The position numbers and the translations under genes were made by a program. A DNA stretch of 64,000 nucleotides from Phoronis australis (lineage: Eukaryota > Animalia > Phoronida). Each line of letters begins with the position of its first letter. Position 1 is the first letter of the stretch. The stretch is from contig NMRA01000541.1 of NCBI GenBank assembly GCA_002633005.1, forward strand, positions 186,001 through 250,000, read 5' to 3'. Shown piece after piece: positions 38,693 to 52,500 of this stretch. The notes beneath the pieces were generated by a model. That model made no database searches, was not told where the DNA came from, and saw nothing but the letters and a program-made list of their open reading frames with translations.

Positions 38693-39153
38693 TCTTATTA
38701 CCATGACATAAGCAGGAAATCCCATGGAGCTTCAAAAGTGGTGCCTCATTCATTAATACTGGGGGGCCCACCTGAAGGCGGCCAAAAAGCTGGGGGCCTT
38801 ATATTAATATAGGGGCCCACTTTGGGGCTGGAATTTTTTTGCTTATGTCATTTCAATAAGAATATCATTTTGACATATTCTTATGGAAATGACATAGGCA
38901 AGAAATCCATTTTCGAGCTCCAACTTGGGTCCTTCTATATTAATGGGGGAAGCACCACTTGAAGGCAGCCAAGAAGGGGTCCTATATTCATAAAGAGGGC
39001 CACACCTGAAGATTGCCAACAGCAGGGCTTCTTACATTAATATGGTGCCCTCCTCTTGGTGGTCTTTGGGCAGGGCTCTGATATTAATATAGGGGACCCA
39101 GTTCTGAGGCTCGAAAATGAATTTTTGCTTGACTTAATGTGTCATTTTAATAA
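38693..39153. mobile_element. Two adjacent related MITE copies in MCT intron 4 (38693-38861, 38879-39153)
   Basis: TIR tcttatt...atgacataagc / gcttatgtcat...aataaga; shared internal tattaatatagggg.ccca motifs. Confidence 0.65.
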
Positions 39154-39328
39154 AAAATTTTCATTTAAAGTAATAAACTGTCTATGCGTGCTTGTGTCAA
39201 AAATGCGTATTGAAAATGGACTCAAGTTTAAAGGTTCTTTAAATCTCAACACGTTGCCCAGAATTTTGGAAAAGTGTTTTGTTTTAGTTGAGGTATATTA
39301 TTAACTTGGACTTTTTGACATATTTCAG

Positions 39329-39531
39329 GTGTTATACGAGATGATACTGGTTCTTGGCTCGGAAGCTTTGTACTTAGTGGAGTGCTTTGTTTTGTGGCTG
39401 GACTTCTTATTCTGTTCATACCTTGTGTCAGGAGGTGTAGAAGTGACCTCCCGAGTAAGGGTGTGGTCAAGACACCAGTCATACAAGTGAATGATTCAAA
39501 TGTTGATGAAGGAGATCAAATACAAGACTAG
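39329..39531 (+). CDS. MCT/SLC16-like terminal coding exon (TM12 and tail)
   Basis: tttcag|GT GTT ATA CGA GAT GAT ACT GGT TCT TGG (GVIRDDTGSWLGSFVLSGVLCFVAGLLILFIP...QIQD*); TAG at 39529-39531. Absent from the ORF track because it has no internal start. Confidence 0.92.
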
Positions 39532-41025
39532 AGATGGCGCTGAAGTTGTGCAGCAAGTTGTGAAGATTGTCAACCCATGAAGTAATCAACTCGACTATGT
39601 TTACTACCCTAATTTAAATTTTGTTTGACTTGTTCAAGTCACATAATGTTGAGGGTAATTAATTAGCAGAGTTACTTCAGCTAGTTCCATAACTTACATC
39701 AAGTGCTCTCCACCGCAGAAAATCCATCATCGTTGGTAATAACAAAATTCATGTATGTGTTCAAAAATGCATTGTCGTTACGAGGAGATTGTATGTATAG
39801 ACTTGGACTCGGTGCTCTGAACTGGTGCTAAAATTAAAAGTTTCCTAATTTGCTTTGAATCTGACTAATCTCCCAAAAGCTCAAACCCTTTAATCACTGC
39901 GCCACCTTTAGGAAAGTGGTCTTGTGAAATGATGACGAACAACACATTTAATTCAGTGTCTGGGCAACAGTGCTCTTGTAAGAATGATCTACAGAAAAGC
40001 CATAGTGAACGGTTTGCCCTGTAATTTTGCATGTGTCAAGAAATACGCAACAGTTGCAAGCCACAAAGATATTTTTCAACAGATGGAGCGGTATACTGAT
40101 ACATTACTCAACAGCAACCAACCGCAATGTTATTTTCCAACCAATTACAACAGTTATTTCATTCTGTCACTCATTGAGAAGTCGCATTATCTTTTCACGG
40201 TGTTATAGTTCATAGCATGTGTAAACTTGTTGCATGAGCTTTTTAAAGTTGACAACTTGTTGAGTCAAAATTCTAATTTGTGGGATGAGCCAAACCAGGT
40301 GGTGGAGAAGTTTCAGTGCAACACTAAAGCACAACAATCTGTTATAAGTTGTGGAAATCAGTGACTTGTATCCTTGATAGTGAATCAGCTGAGGTCAGTT
40401 TAATAGGATTCTTTATTACCAAGGATCAAATTCCTGAAATAACTTTTCAGGTGTTAGTAGTTGACTACTAAAATAATTTTTAAAAATTTTAATTTTTTGA
40501 CAATCGCAGAATCTTTTCATGCTCAAAAATAATTTCCAGCTGTTCTTTAACATTTGTTTTTTCTAAAAAAAAATGATTTGTCACAGAGATGGCTGCAATT
40601 TCAACAAACATGTATTTTTGTCTAAAACTTGCAAATTCTGTTTCTGTGACTTTCTTTTATTAAGGCCTTTTACCCCAAAAACATCAGAAATGGAGACATT
40701 GACATTCCCTGAAAGAAACGGAAGTCTTCATTTTTTACGGCCAAACTCTGGCTAAAATATCTTGAAAGAAAACGCAAGACACTTTTGTAACTATTTTATA
40801 AGAATAAAAGAAGCAAGTGTCATGCAAAAATATGTATGGAAATTCATCAGTATCCTTGAAAATTCTTGTATTTAGTAAAAATGCAAACATGTGAATATGA
40901 ATATCTGGGCATTGCTGTTGTGCTCATAATAAAATTTTGTGGTCATCAACATAAAGTAATTGTTTTCCGATATATTGGAAATAAAGAGTTGCAAAGATTA
41001 TCTTTACACAAATAATTCCTTGCCA

Positions 41026-41187
41026 GGGTATAGCCTTAAAAATGGGTACATCCCAAGGCAACATGGGGTATAGCCTTAAAAATGGGTACATCCCAAGGCA
41101 ACATGGGGTATAGCCTTAAAAATGGGTACATCCCAAGGCAACATGGGGTATAGCCTTAAAAATGGGTACATCCCAAGGCAACATGGG
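41026..41187. repeat. Perfect tandem repeat, 40-bp unit x4
   Basis: Unit gggtatagccttaaaaatgggtacatcccaaggcaacatg. Confidence 0.97.
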
Positions 41188-42454
41188 ACAATTTGGTCAA
41201 CTAATGTATCAAGCCACATGTCCAGCTGTAAGGAATTGTCTGTTCTAAGCAGGAACCAGTTTCAATAGGGCAAGTGCCATAAAGTAAGTTAAGCAAAGCA
41301 GGGTTTTGTTTGATGAACCAGTATAATTATAGATTTTTATTCATATATTTTATTCACATATTTTATTTTATGTTTGGTGGAGGCTATTTTGTTGCAATAC
41401 TTTTTCCGTTAGACTAATGGTTGATGAGAACTACTGATGGTCATTATAGTTGATATTCTTCTGTTATATTTGACTTCAAATGGTGTTTCTCAGGGCTTGG
41501 AATTTTCCTCTTTCAAAAGGATTTTCTTTTTCTTGTTTCAATTTTCTCTTTCAGTTTCAGTTTTCAATTTTCATCTCTTTTTTATCATTATTTTGACTGA
41601 ATCCATTCAAAAAATGTTTCCTGCAGTTAAATTCTATAATGAAAAAAATATTTCTATCACATAAGCCTATGTATACGTCACCTGGAAAACTTTACTCTTT
41701 TTTGATCGTTTTACAAGCCCTGATCACTAGCACAGTAAAACTGGAAATGTAATAGGATTATATCCTAAATATTGTTGCAGACCTGTTATGCTACAGTTGT
41801 TAGAAGCTATGCCATGTCAACAGTTAGACTAAGGTTAGCCTGTAACTAACTAACCCTTAAATAGTAAAAAAGTTGGAAGTCCGTGCAGCGAATGTGTAGA
41901 GTCAAGTGCCATGTACATCACAATCCAGTTGCACCTCACATATTAACCTGCACATGTCAAAATTGGGATCGCGTGAACACATTTATCTTGAGAAATAGTA
42001 TAGCAAATATAACTGCACAGAAATCAACCCCTTCGAAAGAGCTTATTCACTCGAAGTACTGTTACTGGCTAGACTAAGGGTTGAATATTAGTACTGTTAC
42101 TGGAAACTCACCAGAGAAGTCTTTTCAGGTGTTTTTATGCCAGTTAGTTTATAGTCTTAAGACCAGTCAGTTATATTTCTTTCTTAATAATGCTCAATTA
42201 CATCTTGAAGCTTTTGGACTTTCTATTTCTTTACCCATCTGTGCAAAGTCAACAATGTATTGTTTGAAGCTGCTGGCTGTATGCTTGATTAATGCTTATT
42301 GTATTTACTGTTATTGTGTTTCATGGCCCTCCATGTGCTAGTGCTTTGTTTGTCAGTAGTTGTAAAAGTTAATTATATTTCTTTTGTTCAAACATGTGTT
42401 TACTCACCATATGTGGGATGATGCATAGCTGCATAGTGTAATACAGGACTCCCA

Positions 42455-42885
42455 CAAGGAACATTCTGCCCCATAGGAGCATCTTGTCCCACAGGAACAT
42501 CTTGGCCCATTGGAACATCTTGCCTCAGAGGAACATGTTGCTCCACTGAGGAACATCACACCCTGTAGGAAAATCTTGACCCATAGAGCACCTTTCCCCA
42601 TACGAATATCTTGCCCTGGATGAACATTTTACCCCTTGGGAACTCCTTGCCCCATATGAACTTCTTGCCCCATAGGAACATTTTGACTCAGGAATATCTT
42701 GACCCATAGGAACATCTTGACTCATAGGAATATCTTGGCCCATAGGAACATCTTGACCCATAGGAACATCTTGACTCATAGGAATATCTTGGCCCATAGG
42801 AACATCTCGACCCATAGGAACATCTTGACCCATAGGAACATCTTGGCCCATAGGAAGATCTTGCCTCAGAGGAACTACTTGCCCC
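42455..42885. repeat. Minisatellite, 18-bp unit, >20 diverged copies
   Basis: Unit cccataggaacatcttg(a/g). Confidence 0.93.
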
Positions 42886-45800
42886 ATTCGCCAAAAAAAA
42901 GGACAGCTGTTTACCTTTTAGTGGACATTTTAAAAGGACACTAAACCCTGCTTTGACCTATTCTGTCTGACTCTTGGCTTGCTAAATATGGAAATCTAAT
43001 TGGGCCCTTTTGGCTGATAAAATGGGTTTCGATATTCCTTACCGTGGTATGGTGCCATTTTGAAAACCATAGGCGACAAAGTCGAGAAAACGCGTGAGAG
43101 CTTATTGAGGTTCGTCAACCCTAAACTTTCGGATTCGAAAATGGCGCATGTACCCATTGAATCTATTGATTTGCCCTTGCGTCACCGGTCAAGATCGGAT
43201 GGGCGTAGTCATATTCTCACCAAAGCGCTGTAGTTCAGAATTCAACATTGGCGGCTTAACAGGGGTGAAATGCAGCTCATAGAACGCTATTCAATCGTGG
43301 TTAAAAAGTATTTTGATCAGTATTGTTCAACCCTCTGAAAATTTCTTTACAAAATCTGCTAAATGATCTATTCCGAGTACACATTGGATGGTAAGAAAAA
43401 CAGGTCAGGGTATATCATGCTGGAGGTCAGACAAACATGTCGGGGTATATCCTGCGGAGGCCAGACAAACAGGTTAGTTGGGACTGGACAACATGTAATA
43501 CTGTGTGACGGTGCTTTAACAGAATGATGCTTTGAGGCCTAGGGAAAGTATGAGTGTCGTCCACACTACATGTTACTCTAGAACGAGTTGTCGCTAGCTG
43601 TGTGCACGTTTCTTGTGGTGGGGCAACTTGACACGTGACAACTCGGGCCCGTAGGAAGGTAAATAATATTGGGGTAGGGAGAGATTCAAATTTGTCTCAC
43701 TTCGCGTCGGCGGCTGTGATCCCAAACTTCAGAGCTCTCCCTATATCCCCACCAATTCCGACTCCCGTCACAGGACTTCGGCTGTTTGGGGAGGTGGTAG
43801 ACGCCGAGGAGAGAGCACCTGAAGCTTGGGTTTCTTATACTGCAACAAACTTTCACGAAAGGATCGGCCACATTTAGACTTGAAGGTGCCTTATGCGTTT
43901 AGGGTATGATTTGACTTTTAGGGTAACAAAAAGGATTTCCAAAATCACTCTTTAAGTGAGTGTAAAAATAACGTAAAAACTTGGCAGGAGTCCATCGGGA
44001 GCCTGCGAACTCCGGAGAAACATGGACAGAAATGGCATCACCAGCTCGAAATTGAGTAGACGGAATATCGTGTTTCTTCTGTTTCGGAAAGAATAATTGA
44101 GGTCTAAAGTGCAGACTCTGTTCATCAGGGTCTACTTTGGGATAATTCATTTTATTCATTTTATTCATTTTACTTTGGAACGGGTGGAATTCCGAAGTCC
44201 CCGGTTCACTGTTTAGGAGTAGTCTCAAACTTCTTATTTGAAACACCAGAGTATTTGGTGGCTGCTCCGGGCCACATTATATAGAACTGAAGTTGTTCCA
44301 TCAAACTGCGTCAAAATTAAACGGAACGTAAATTTCTTAGAAAATTATTTCAAATTGGTAAAAATTATCGAGGGAACTTGTACGTTGCTGTTTCAAGTTT
44401 CCCAAAAATTCAGCGTTAATCTAAGTTAACTGAAGCAACACCAATTTCTTACAAGATTAGCTTCTAATTTTAAAAAGCGTCCACAGTCCAATTTCGTAGA
44501 CATATGGGCATGAAAATTCGAAATCTTTGGAGGTTACCACTGAAGGAAATAATTTTGACATGTTAGGTTGTCGTGTGGTTACATAATATAAAATTGAGGG
44601 CAGGACGCGTCTTTTCGGTTAACTGGACTTTTTGAAATAAATAATCTAATCCATATAGAATTACGATGCACGCAGATACATTGTTCATGGAAGACGGGCA
44701 ATATCCTAGGGGGCTTTTAAGGTCCTCCCCAAGAAATTTTCAAATTTTTTCGTTTTGTGTTTGTGTGAATTCTGGTTCATTTCAGTGTTAGCATGTTGCC
44801 CGGCGTTTAAACGTGATTTTCAAAACTCATTAATTACGATAGACAGCCTGGTTTGAGCTCAAGGTTTTCCGACATGCACTGAGGCCCGACAATATACACG
44901 GTCATCAAAAATGGTACCCCGACAGTTTGATCGACACGTGCGAGTCTCCTACGAACAAAAAATCCCTCATCATCAACAACATTTTCCCAATGATGACCTT
45001 CAAAAGAAATGCTCACCTCGGAATTCTTTGGGAAAAATTCTTGAGAATACTGGTCTGTGATATTTAAAATCAGTGGTCTTCAGGTTCTTTAAACTCTTTG
45101 ATTGCTTTCAATGCTATCGAAAAAACTGTAAAAGACTTATAGTTAAGTGGTTTTTAACATAAACTGTTGCGAAGTTACACAAAAAACAGAAAAAGAGGCT
45201 ACTGATTGGCTCCGCTCCGTGAGTGTCGGTACCAATAAATGGAAAACGAAAACTATACCGTGGATGTCATCAACGGACCACCTTCAAATACTGGCCTAAA
45301 ATATGAAAGAAAATGAAAATTCAAGACTGGAAATGAGCAGCAATCGATGCTATCGCTACGGCTCCTCTCCTTCAGGCTCCCAGTTATCAAGTTATGCCTT
45401 GCCAAAGAAGGTTCTCTTTAGATTTGCAGCGTCTTCTTGAGTGAAACAAACAAGTCGCGCTTAACCTGTGCGTGGCAAGAGCACGCTTTCAAGTATATTT
45501 ACATGATGTCTACTGCACAAACTAGACTGGCCTTAACAAAAATGTCCTGGCTAGTGCTACCAAAGGTAAATCTAACACTGGGTTAGTTGACAAATGTTCT
45601 CTAGAATTTTCGCTCTTCTTCACGATTCGTTATGTCTTTTCTCGACTGTCCCCAACGTTACGCCTATACCGAAGCCACGGTTCCACACTGCCGCTTAAAA
45701 ATTATTATAGGGGAACACGTTCCTGTCCCCATGGCCCAGATATTACCCGGCTTTATGTAGGTAGGGAAACCTGTTCGAGGGTAACTTGCCATAGCGCAAG

Positions 45801-47361
45801 TGGTAGCGTGGACATGAACATGTTGATAAGCTTGCTTAGTTACTTACATGTACATATGAGTGTCTATGTTAGTGTCATATTTGTCGCATGGGTTAGGCTA
45901 TATCTGTAGTGTGGACGCTTGGATGAACGGAAGCAAGATGCTCCAAGGTAACTCGCAGTGTGCACCCGACTTAAGTTGTGTCATTAGTGCAACAGCAGGT
46001 GACGGACAGGACCAGTGTTGGTTCAAGCTAGTCACTGAAAGAGTGCCCCGAGCGACTTATTGGCCACACAGCCAACTGTGATTTGCCATGAATAATTATT
46101 CATACAAAGATTGTATTTCTGTGGATATAGAACTAGAGTTAATTCAGTATTTGAATAGCACAGGAGTCAGTACGTTTTTCACGACAACTCAAACAAGTAC
46201 ATAAACAGTCTGATACATACAATCATTTACATCTAAAAACAAGTGTCTGTGGATACAAATGTTTTTACGAAGGACCCTTAATTAGAGTGAGATGCTAGGC
46301 CCACTGTCCTTGGGACCATAGAAGAAAGATATTGGATTTGAGATTATTGAAAAGTTGTCTGAACAGTGGTGTACTCCAGTCTAAGATTACGAAAACAAAC
46401 ATCCTAAAAATAAAACATTGAGTATAAAGCTTCAGTTAACGGACACAGTATGGCTGTTTTTGTTGTCCAGTCGTACCGTAAAAGAGAAAAGCTTGAAAAT
46501 GAAGATTTGAGCTGAAATCTTAGGTAGCAGTATTGGATGTATGATGTCATAAAGGGACCAGCTGCTATTTTCACCTGAAGGTGTCCGCGCTGTGTTGGTG
46601 TCTTTTTGGCATTTTGTGCGTAGATNTTGATTTATTTTCCAGAACTGAAATTCTAAATCTATTTTAATCGATTTAAAAATCGATATCATACTAGTAAAGC
46701 AGTTTGTGGCTGAAGTAGAATTGCTGTAAACCACTTTCCGCTATTTTCTTGGCCTTTTTCTGTGTGGTTTGCTGTTCTTTCAAAAGGCGGCAGCATATGA
46801 CGACCATAGGTGTCGTTATAAAATGGCTGTCGAAAAGCAATGCACAGTTGAACAACTCGGCATAAGTAAAAGAAAACGTTTGAACCAACGAATACTATAT
46901 ATTTGTGAGAGTTAAATCAAATCCTATTCAGATCATAACTTTGAAGTGGAATGATTGGGTGAGTACGACAACAAGCCGGTTTTATGCTTAGGCGGACGAC
47001 CATTGGGTTCCCGAGTATATGTCAGTTATTAAACACCTGGTTATCGTACGTCATGTTGTGCAATTTGTCGCCTTGGATTACATTCATTGATAAACCAAAC
47101 ACAAGGAGGGACTTTTTACGTTTTCAGTAGTTTCCACCATATTATTTTCCAGCTGATATGAATACGTGTGCGCTCTAGTTGTTTAGTGTCCCTTATCCGG
47201 ACATTGAGTGGCGTCTTTAGGCCATTTTGTCATCAATATCGCACGCCAATTCGAGATTCCAGGAGCACCGAGGTGTCCACTTTCCGTGCTCCTTACGATG
47301 CATTCCTGTAGATACAGAATCTCCAGTTAGTTGAAACTGATTGTTATTAGTACTGTGCTAG

Positions 47362-47482
47362 TCATGATTTCCTGGAAGATAAAATCCAGCAATTCATCGG
47401 CTTCTTCTTGCCTTTCATATTTACAGACCCTCTGTATTCAAAGTGAAAACAGCTGTCATGGCTATTGGAATTCTGAAGACAT
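47362..47482 (-). CDS. GUCY1B1: sGC beta-like terminal exon (RCLQNSNSHDSCFHFEYRGSVNMKGKKKPMNCWILSSRKS*)
   Basis: ttgcag|A TGT CTT, phase 2 matches the previous exon; aligns with the beta1 C-terminus CL..[32 protein letters not shown]; TGA at 47362-47364. Confidence 0.92.
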
Positions 47483-48129
47483 CTGCAACAAACAAAATAC
47501 GTTTCATGAGAGCGGCCTTCGTAATAATACGGGTCTCTTAAGAAACCTGGACTATTGAACTGCAGTCGAACTTCGTTACGCCGTACACCAGAGACCTTGG
47601 CAACCTGTACATTATTACGATAGTTTGTTGTAACTTTAGCTTAGATTAGAAGAACTTAGTCTGGATTTGCAAAAATGAAGCGGTTCGTTTTTCGTTGGGT
47701 GCATAAAATAAAACCACGTGACAAACCTTACGACAAGCAATGAGAAACTTACACTTCTATCGAAGTTTTTTCATTCCCAGTGGGCACAATTTCAAACCAG
47801 TTTCATAACGTCAACTCAAAAGTTGTTTTCAGGGAAAAAGGCAGGTTTAATTAGAAGCTTCATTATTTCGCCTGCATGTAAAAGGTCATTGCCTGTTTGT
47901 GACAAGTTTTACGAAACTATGAGCCATCGGGATAGGTGCAACTAATTCATTATACAGGCGATTGGATATAAATGAAATTCACTCATATACAGTAATTTCA
48001 CCTCCCTATAGTACGAGATACAATGTTCATTCAATCACTTTGGTGATGTCGTATCTTTGTTTTTGACGGAGAAAACAAAGTAGTATAGTAAATCGTTTAT
48101 GTGACACCTTTGAGTAGGAGCTCGGTCAT

Positions 48130-48360
48130 TGATCAAAGGTGGACCCAGCGGTGACGTCATCAGCAAACCGGAAGGAAATTACAATGAAGTCATGGATCAG
48201 CGCAAAATTGACCCGAAAGTGACGTTATATTTTGTGTTAGAACGGAACTTCGGTCAAAGGTCATAAGTGTAAGCGGAAACGACGTCATCTGTAAACCAGA
48301 AGGAAGTAAAAATGAGGTAAAAGTGGACGTGAAATCAGACGTGTAGGTGAATCCTGACAT
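48130..48360 (+). repeat. Interspersed repeat fragment; inverted relative at ~55930-56100
   Basis: gtgacgtcatc.gcaaaccgg.ag / ctaccggtttgcagatgacatcac and adjacent shared blocks. Confidence 0.6.
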
Positions 48361-48535
48361 CATCATGTGTGTATAGGGCGTGACACTGTTCACCACCCTT
48401 AAGTCCAGTGTTCGATAATAAAAGTGGATTATGTTTGAATATAGCATTCAAAATGGGTAAAAAGTTGATTCCGTTCGTTTGCTTACATTAGCGTCACTCG
48501 TCGTCATGGTCATTGTATTCAGTTATCGCCCTTTA

Positions 48536-48678
48536 TTCTCTCTCTCTCTCCCTCTCTCTCTCCGTCCCGCCCTCCCTCCCTCCATCCCCCTCTCTCCCTC
48601 CCTCATCCCCTCGCTCTCCCTCCCCTCCCCGATCTCTCTCCCGCTCCCCTCTTCCCCCTTCTATCTTTCTCGTCTCTG
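48536..48678. repeat. CT-rich low-complexity polypyrimidine tract
   Basis: (CT)n/(CCCT)n composition. Confidence 0.9.
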
Positions 48679-49008
48679 ACGGCAACAGATGTCGCGCATG
48701 TCTAACCAATGGTTTAAGGCACTAGAATAATGAGACAGCTGTTTTTAAAAACGTCTATTAATAAGAACGTACACTCTAACGTCATACTACAAAATCCCGA
48801 AGCCGTTCAGACACCATTGCCGGTACAAGTCATGATTTCATTATCACTATCAATTACACTATCAATTACACATCGTATCGTAGTTGATAGCAAGTGCTGA
48901 TTTACTAGTACCCTGTGTGTTTACAGGGCTTTCTGCATTACACGGCGATAGAACTCTCCTCCGGAAATAAAGCGCGTGACATCGTTTTGGATATCAGTTA
49001 GTTATCTA

Positions 49009-49533
49009 CTCCGGAAGTGACGTTTTGGAAGGCAAGAATTTCGCGCCAATTTCTTTTCATATAGTCTGACTTTGAGAGCTGCCGAGTCACCGAGTCATTG
49101 TTCCATCTCGGTTGTGATCTGTTCGGTTCGGTCGTCGTTTGCTTCTGCTTACGAGTCAGTCAACATGCCATACTGTCGCTGTGTACTCATTATCGTCTCA
49201 CGGGCAGAGGAACAACTGTCCCACTTGCCCGAGTGAACCGCGCCACACTCCCACTGGATAATGAACTTAGCACACAAACTGCTTTCATCCCGCCGTGTGA
49301 CTCCCTCGCCAAACACCTGGCACCTTCTAAATAGCTCCGATTGGGCCATAATGAGTACATCCCGGTACGCAGCATCAGTGTGGCGTGTTGTCTGACTCGT
49401 AAACAAAAGTAAACGACGACCGAACTTATCACAATCGAGGTAGATCAATGACTGACTCGACAGCTCTCGTAGTCAGAGTATATGAAAAGAAATTGGCGCG
49501 AAATTCTTGCCTCCCAAAACGTCACTTCCGGAG
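49009..49533. mobile_element. Foldback MITE with ~185-bp inverted arms
   Basis: ctccggaagtgacgttttgg.aggcaagaatttcgcgccaatttcttttcatata...tgtactcattat is mirrored by ataatgagtaca...tatatgaaaagaaattggcgcgaaattcttgcctcccaaaacgtcacttccggag. Confidence 0.88.
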
Positions 49534-52500
49534 AAGAGAACGAATAATTAATTAAATTACGAAAAGCTGTAATTAAGTGGAGAATATGTCTGGGATAATC
49601 AACGAACCTTATTTTTGATAAAATGACAAGAAAAAAGGTTGCCTTCGCCTTTAGTATGAAAGTAGACATGCATAATTGTTACCATGGCGACTGAGTACCA
49701 TAAAAGTTTTCATCATTAAAGTAGAATTTGATTAGCGTGATAATAAATAATATGAAGCTATAAGACAGAAGGATTCGAGTAAGCTTCACATTTCATAATC
49801 TAAATGCAACTCATTTCCGTAAATCACTTAAGATTTTTCACATTTTGTTGCTTTGATATATCTCGAAGTTGAAAGTAACTAGTTACAAAAAATGAACCAA
49901 ACGCACATTTTGTGCATAGAAATTAGAAAAATATGTGTCTTGTTATGACACATAATCATACCAAAAGTTGATTTTCAAAAAAAAAACATTTCAGAACAAT
50001 TTCAACAGAATTTAACAGAATGCAAGGTCAATTGAATGGGCACTTCACATTGAAATAATTAGAAGATTCATAATAGTTATGGCACAACCATCGGAAAACT
50101 GCACAAAACTGCTTTTTGTGGCAATGTTTCTGCAAATGTATTATAGTTAAATCTTCACCGATGACTACGTAGTCTGTTGAACATGCCTTTCAGTTGAGAA
50201 AAGTCGCTTTATTGTCCAAAGTGAATTGTGAGCACTTTAACCACTCAATTCAATAAGTTACACCTGCGTGATTAAATTCTGGTGTAAATTCTTGGATTGC
50301 CCAGAATGGTAGCTAAAGATATATGTTACTAAATTTTACTGTTTGAATATTTGTGAAAATAATGTTTAAGCACTTTAAATCCGTAACCTGTGCTGCTGAC
50401 ATCGCAAGATGGTCGACCCGACCGAAATAAAGTCAAAATTTGACACGTCAATAGCGATAACTTTTGATGCACCATGCGATTTTGATAATTGTTTTCATTT
50501 TTGTATTTCGGACATCAACACCTTTCCTTTGATGCAGGTTTTTGTCTTCAAACCGAGAAAATGACCTTCAGCTCAACCACTTCATACAGTATTGAACCCT
50601 TAATTCAAAAGAATTTTTTATGAATAAAAGCTAACTTGCCCTGAAATATTGCACAAATTGGAATATTTCATTAAAAATCACATGAATTGTTCATGTCAGC
50701 CTAAAAATTGTCTTTAAGGTCGTCAACCGTTTTGTGTATTGGCACCAGGCAATTATGTCATCTCTTGTGCTAGTGTAATCTCTGACACACGGTCGGTTAT
50801 GAACTCTCAATGGGTGAAATTGTAATATGGATATTTCAGACAGTATTATGGTCATTAAAATATTGATTCCCATTACTTATCTTTCTTAAAATCATTTCAG
50901 ATGTAACGAAGTTACAAAAACATTCGTTTAAAATGTAGAATTGGGTCATTTTTAGAACAAAAAATGAAAAAGCGCATTCGAGAGACTTTTTAGACTTGTT
51001 CACATATCCAAGATTTATCTAAAAACACAGCCCCGCAAACTAGCTTGTAGAAGCACTTGAATGACACTCACTTTCAACGCTACAAAAAGTGCTTAGGAAT
51101 ATACCTCACCTGTCACGTGATGAATGGTACGAAATCATTATTATCAATTTTATTTGGTAATTCTGGTGTCCCACTTCCTAATCCCATCAAGTCTTTTCTC
51201 TCATTGCATGCAATCTACCTGTTTTTATGTGGGAAAATTGTTGTTTTTGGTATGCAAGAACGTGTCATTTTCTTTGTAAACCTTTGACGGCCTATAGGTA
51301 AAAAACTAAGTGGTCAATAAGTGCAAAATTGTTGATTTTTGTATCAGAGCCACACCATGATCGCATACACAAAGTTTAAGCTGAATCTGGAAGATGACCC
51401 CTAGAGATTTTTTGATTTCTTTTGATTTTCTCGTGAAATGACTTAACTTTGGTGTACAACAGACCAAACATTTTATCATCCAGACTAGAAGTATAAATTC
51501 AAATATTTTGATCAGTAGTTCTTCATATCTCGCAATTTTAGTCCCGATGACCCAAAAACATGTCGAAGAAAAATCTGCTTTCGAGAACAACTAGGGTCTC
51601 ATTTAAAAACAGCTGCAGCGATGCAGACGCAGGTTCGTTTAACCTATAACTGGAACCAAGGGAACACCTCTTCAAATATTTGATGCATCAAACCGCATCG
51701 AGGACAAACCTCACGGTGCTAACAAGTCATTCGAGGTACTTGCACCGTCAAATATTGCTGGAATCGTGTGACAAACACTGTATTACTTGAATCGTCTCGG
51801 CTCCAGTTAGATTCTGCAACTCCAAACATCATTGCACTTAAGAGTGTACTACACTCCTTGATTGTAACGAAAATGACAGCGAATTGCAAGTTGATGAGAT
51901 ACGCAACAAGGTAGCAAAGGGTATGCCTGCAGAAACGTCAAATAATGTTTTAGCGTCCGTGACATACGTATATAACAAAGGACCAGAATAGAATCAGCAT
52001 TCACTAGTGAATCTGATAGCTATATACCCTATGATTAAGCCTGTGAAACGGTAAACATACGCGCACATACAGGTGCATGCAATAGTCACAGGCAATAGTG
52101 ACGTTGCGCCGTTATGCTAGGATCCAGAAACATCTCGTTCTCCCTTTAAAGCGTTACATCGAAGTAATCTCGTTGGTCAAGGCAACATGAATATATTTCT
52201 AATGCCGAAAAAATAAGATTTTGAAAACGGAGCCGTACAAGTCAATAGAAAATTTTCTGTGTTCCCAAAAATGATCAGACAGGAACAAGCGTGACTTCTC
52301 TCAACAAGTGTTTTTACACACGCCCTCTATGAGAAAAAAGTGGCTATCGCACTCCTTAAAGAGTTATGGAACGCGAAAACTCGTCAAAAATATCTGACAA
52401 AAGTACCATCTCGCAACGTCTAGTACAGAGTAATTTTCTTTCCCCTGTGAGGAAATTTCCAGAAAAAAGAACAAAATTCACGATTTTTGAAATACGCGCA

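Larger units (their letters stand above)
9738..39531 (+). other. Gene span: SLC16/monocarboxylate transporter-like MFS protein, 5 coding exons join(9738..9789,13239..13382,15621..15764,37044..38123,39329..39531), 540 aa
   Basis: All introns are GT-AG and phase 1; exon lengths 52+144+144+1080+203=1623 nt form one open frame. MCT motifs: DHGWAW (TM1), YFNKRRALANGLAGSG, FDWSLL, LDFVGRI (TM8), G.IRDDTGSW. Confidence 0.93.

Noticed and set aside
12616-41187. Short tandem arrays as possible CRISPR arrays
   Set aside because: Units are contiguous with no unique spacers, the context is eukaryotic, and there are no cas genes.
42525-42944. Repetitive ORFs (MGQDVP)n, (RCSYGS)n and (HRNILT)n
   Set aside because: Products of an 18-bp minisatellite that is open in several frames; no splice or gene context.
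45789-45815. tRNA D-arm/A-box-like tagcgcaagtggtagcg
   Set aside because: No B box or cloverleaf follows.
48736-51615. 14-bp inverted match cagctgtttttaaa as TIRs of a 2.9-kb element
   Set aside because: No TSD and the match does not extend, although the interior looks TE-derived.
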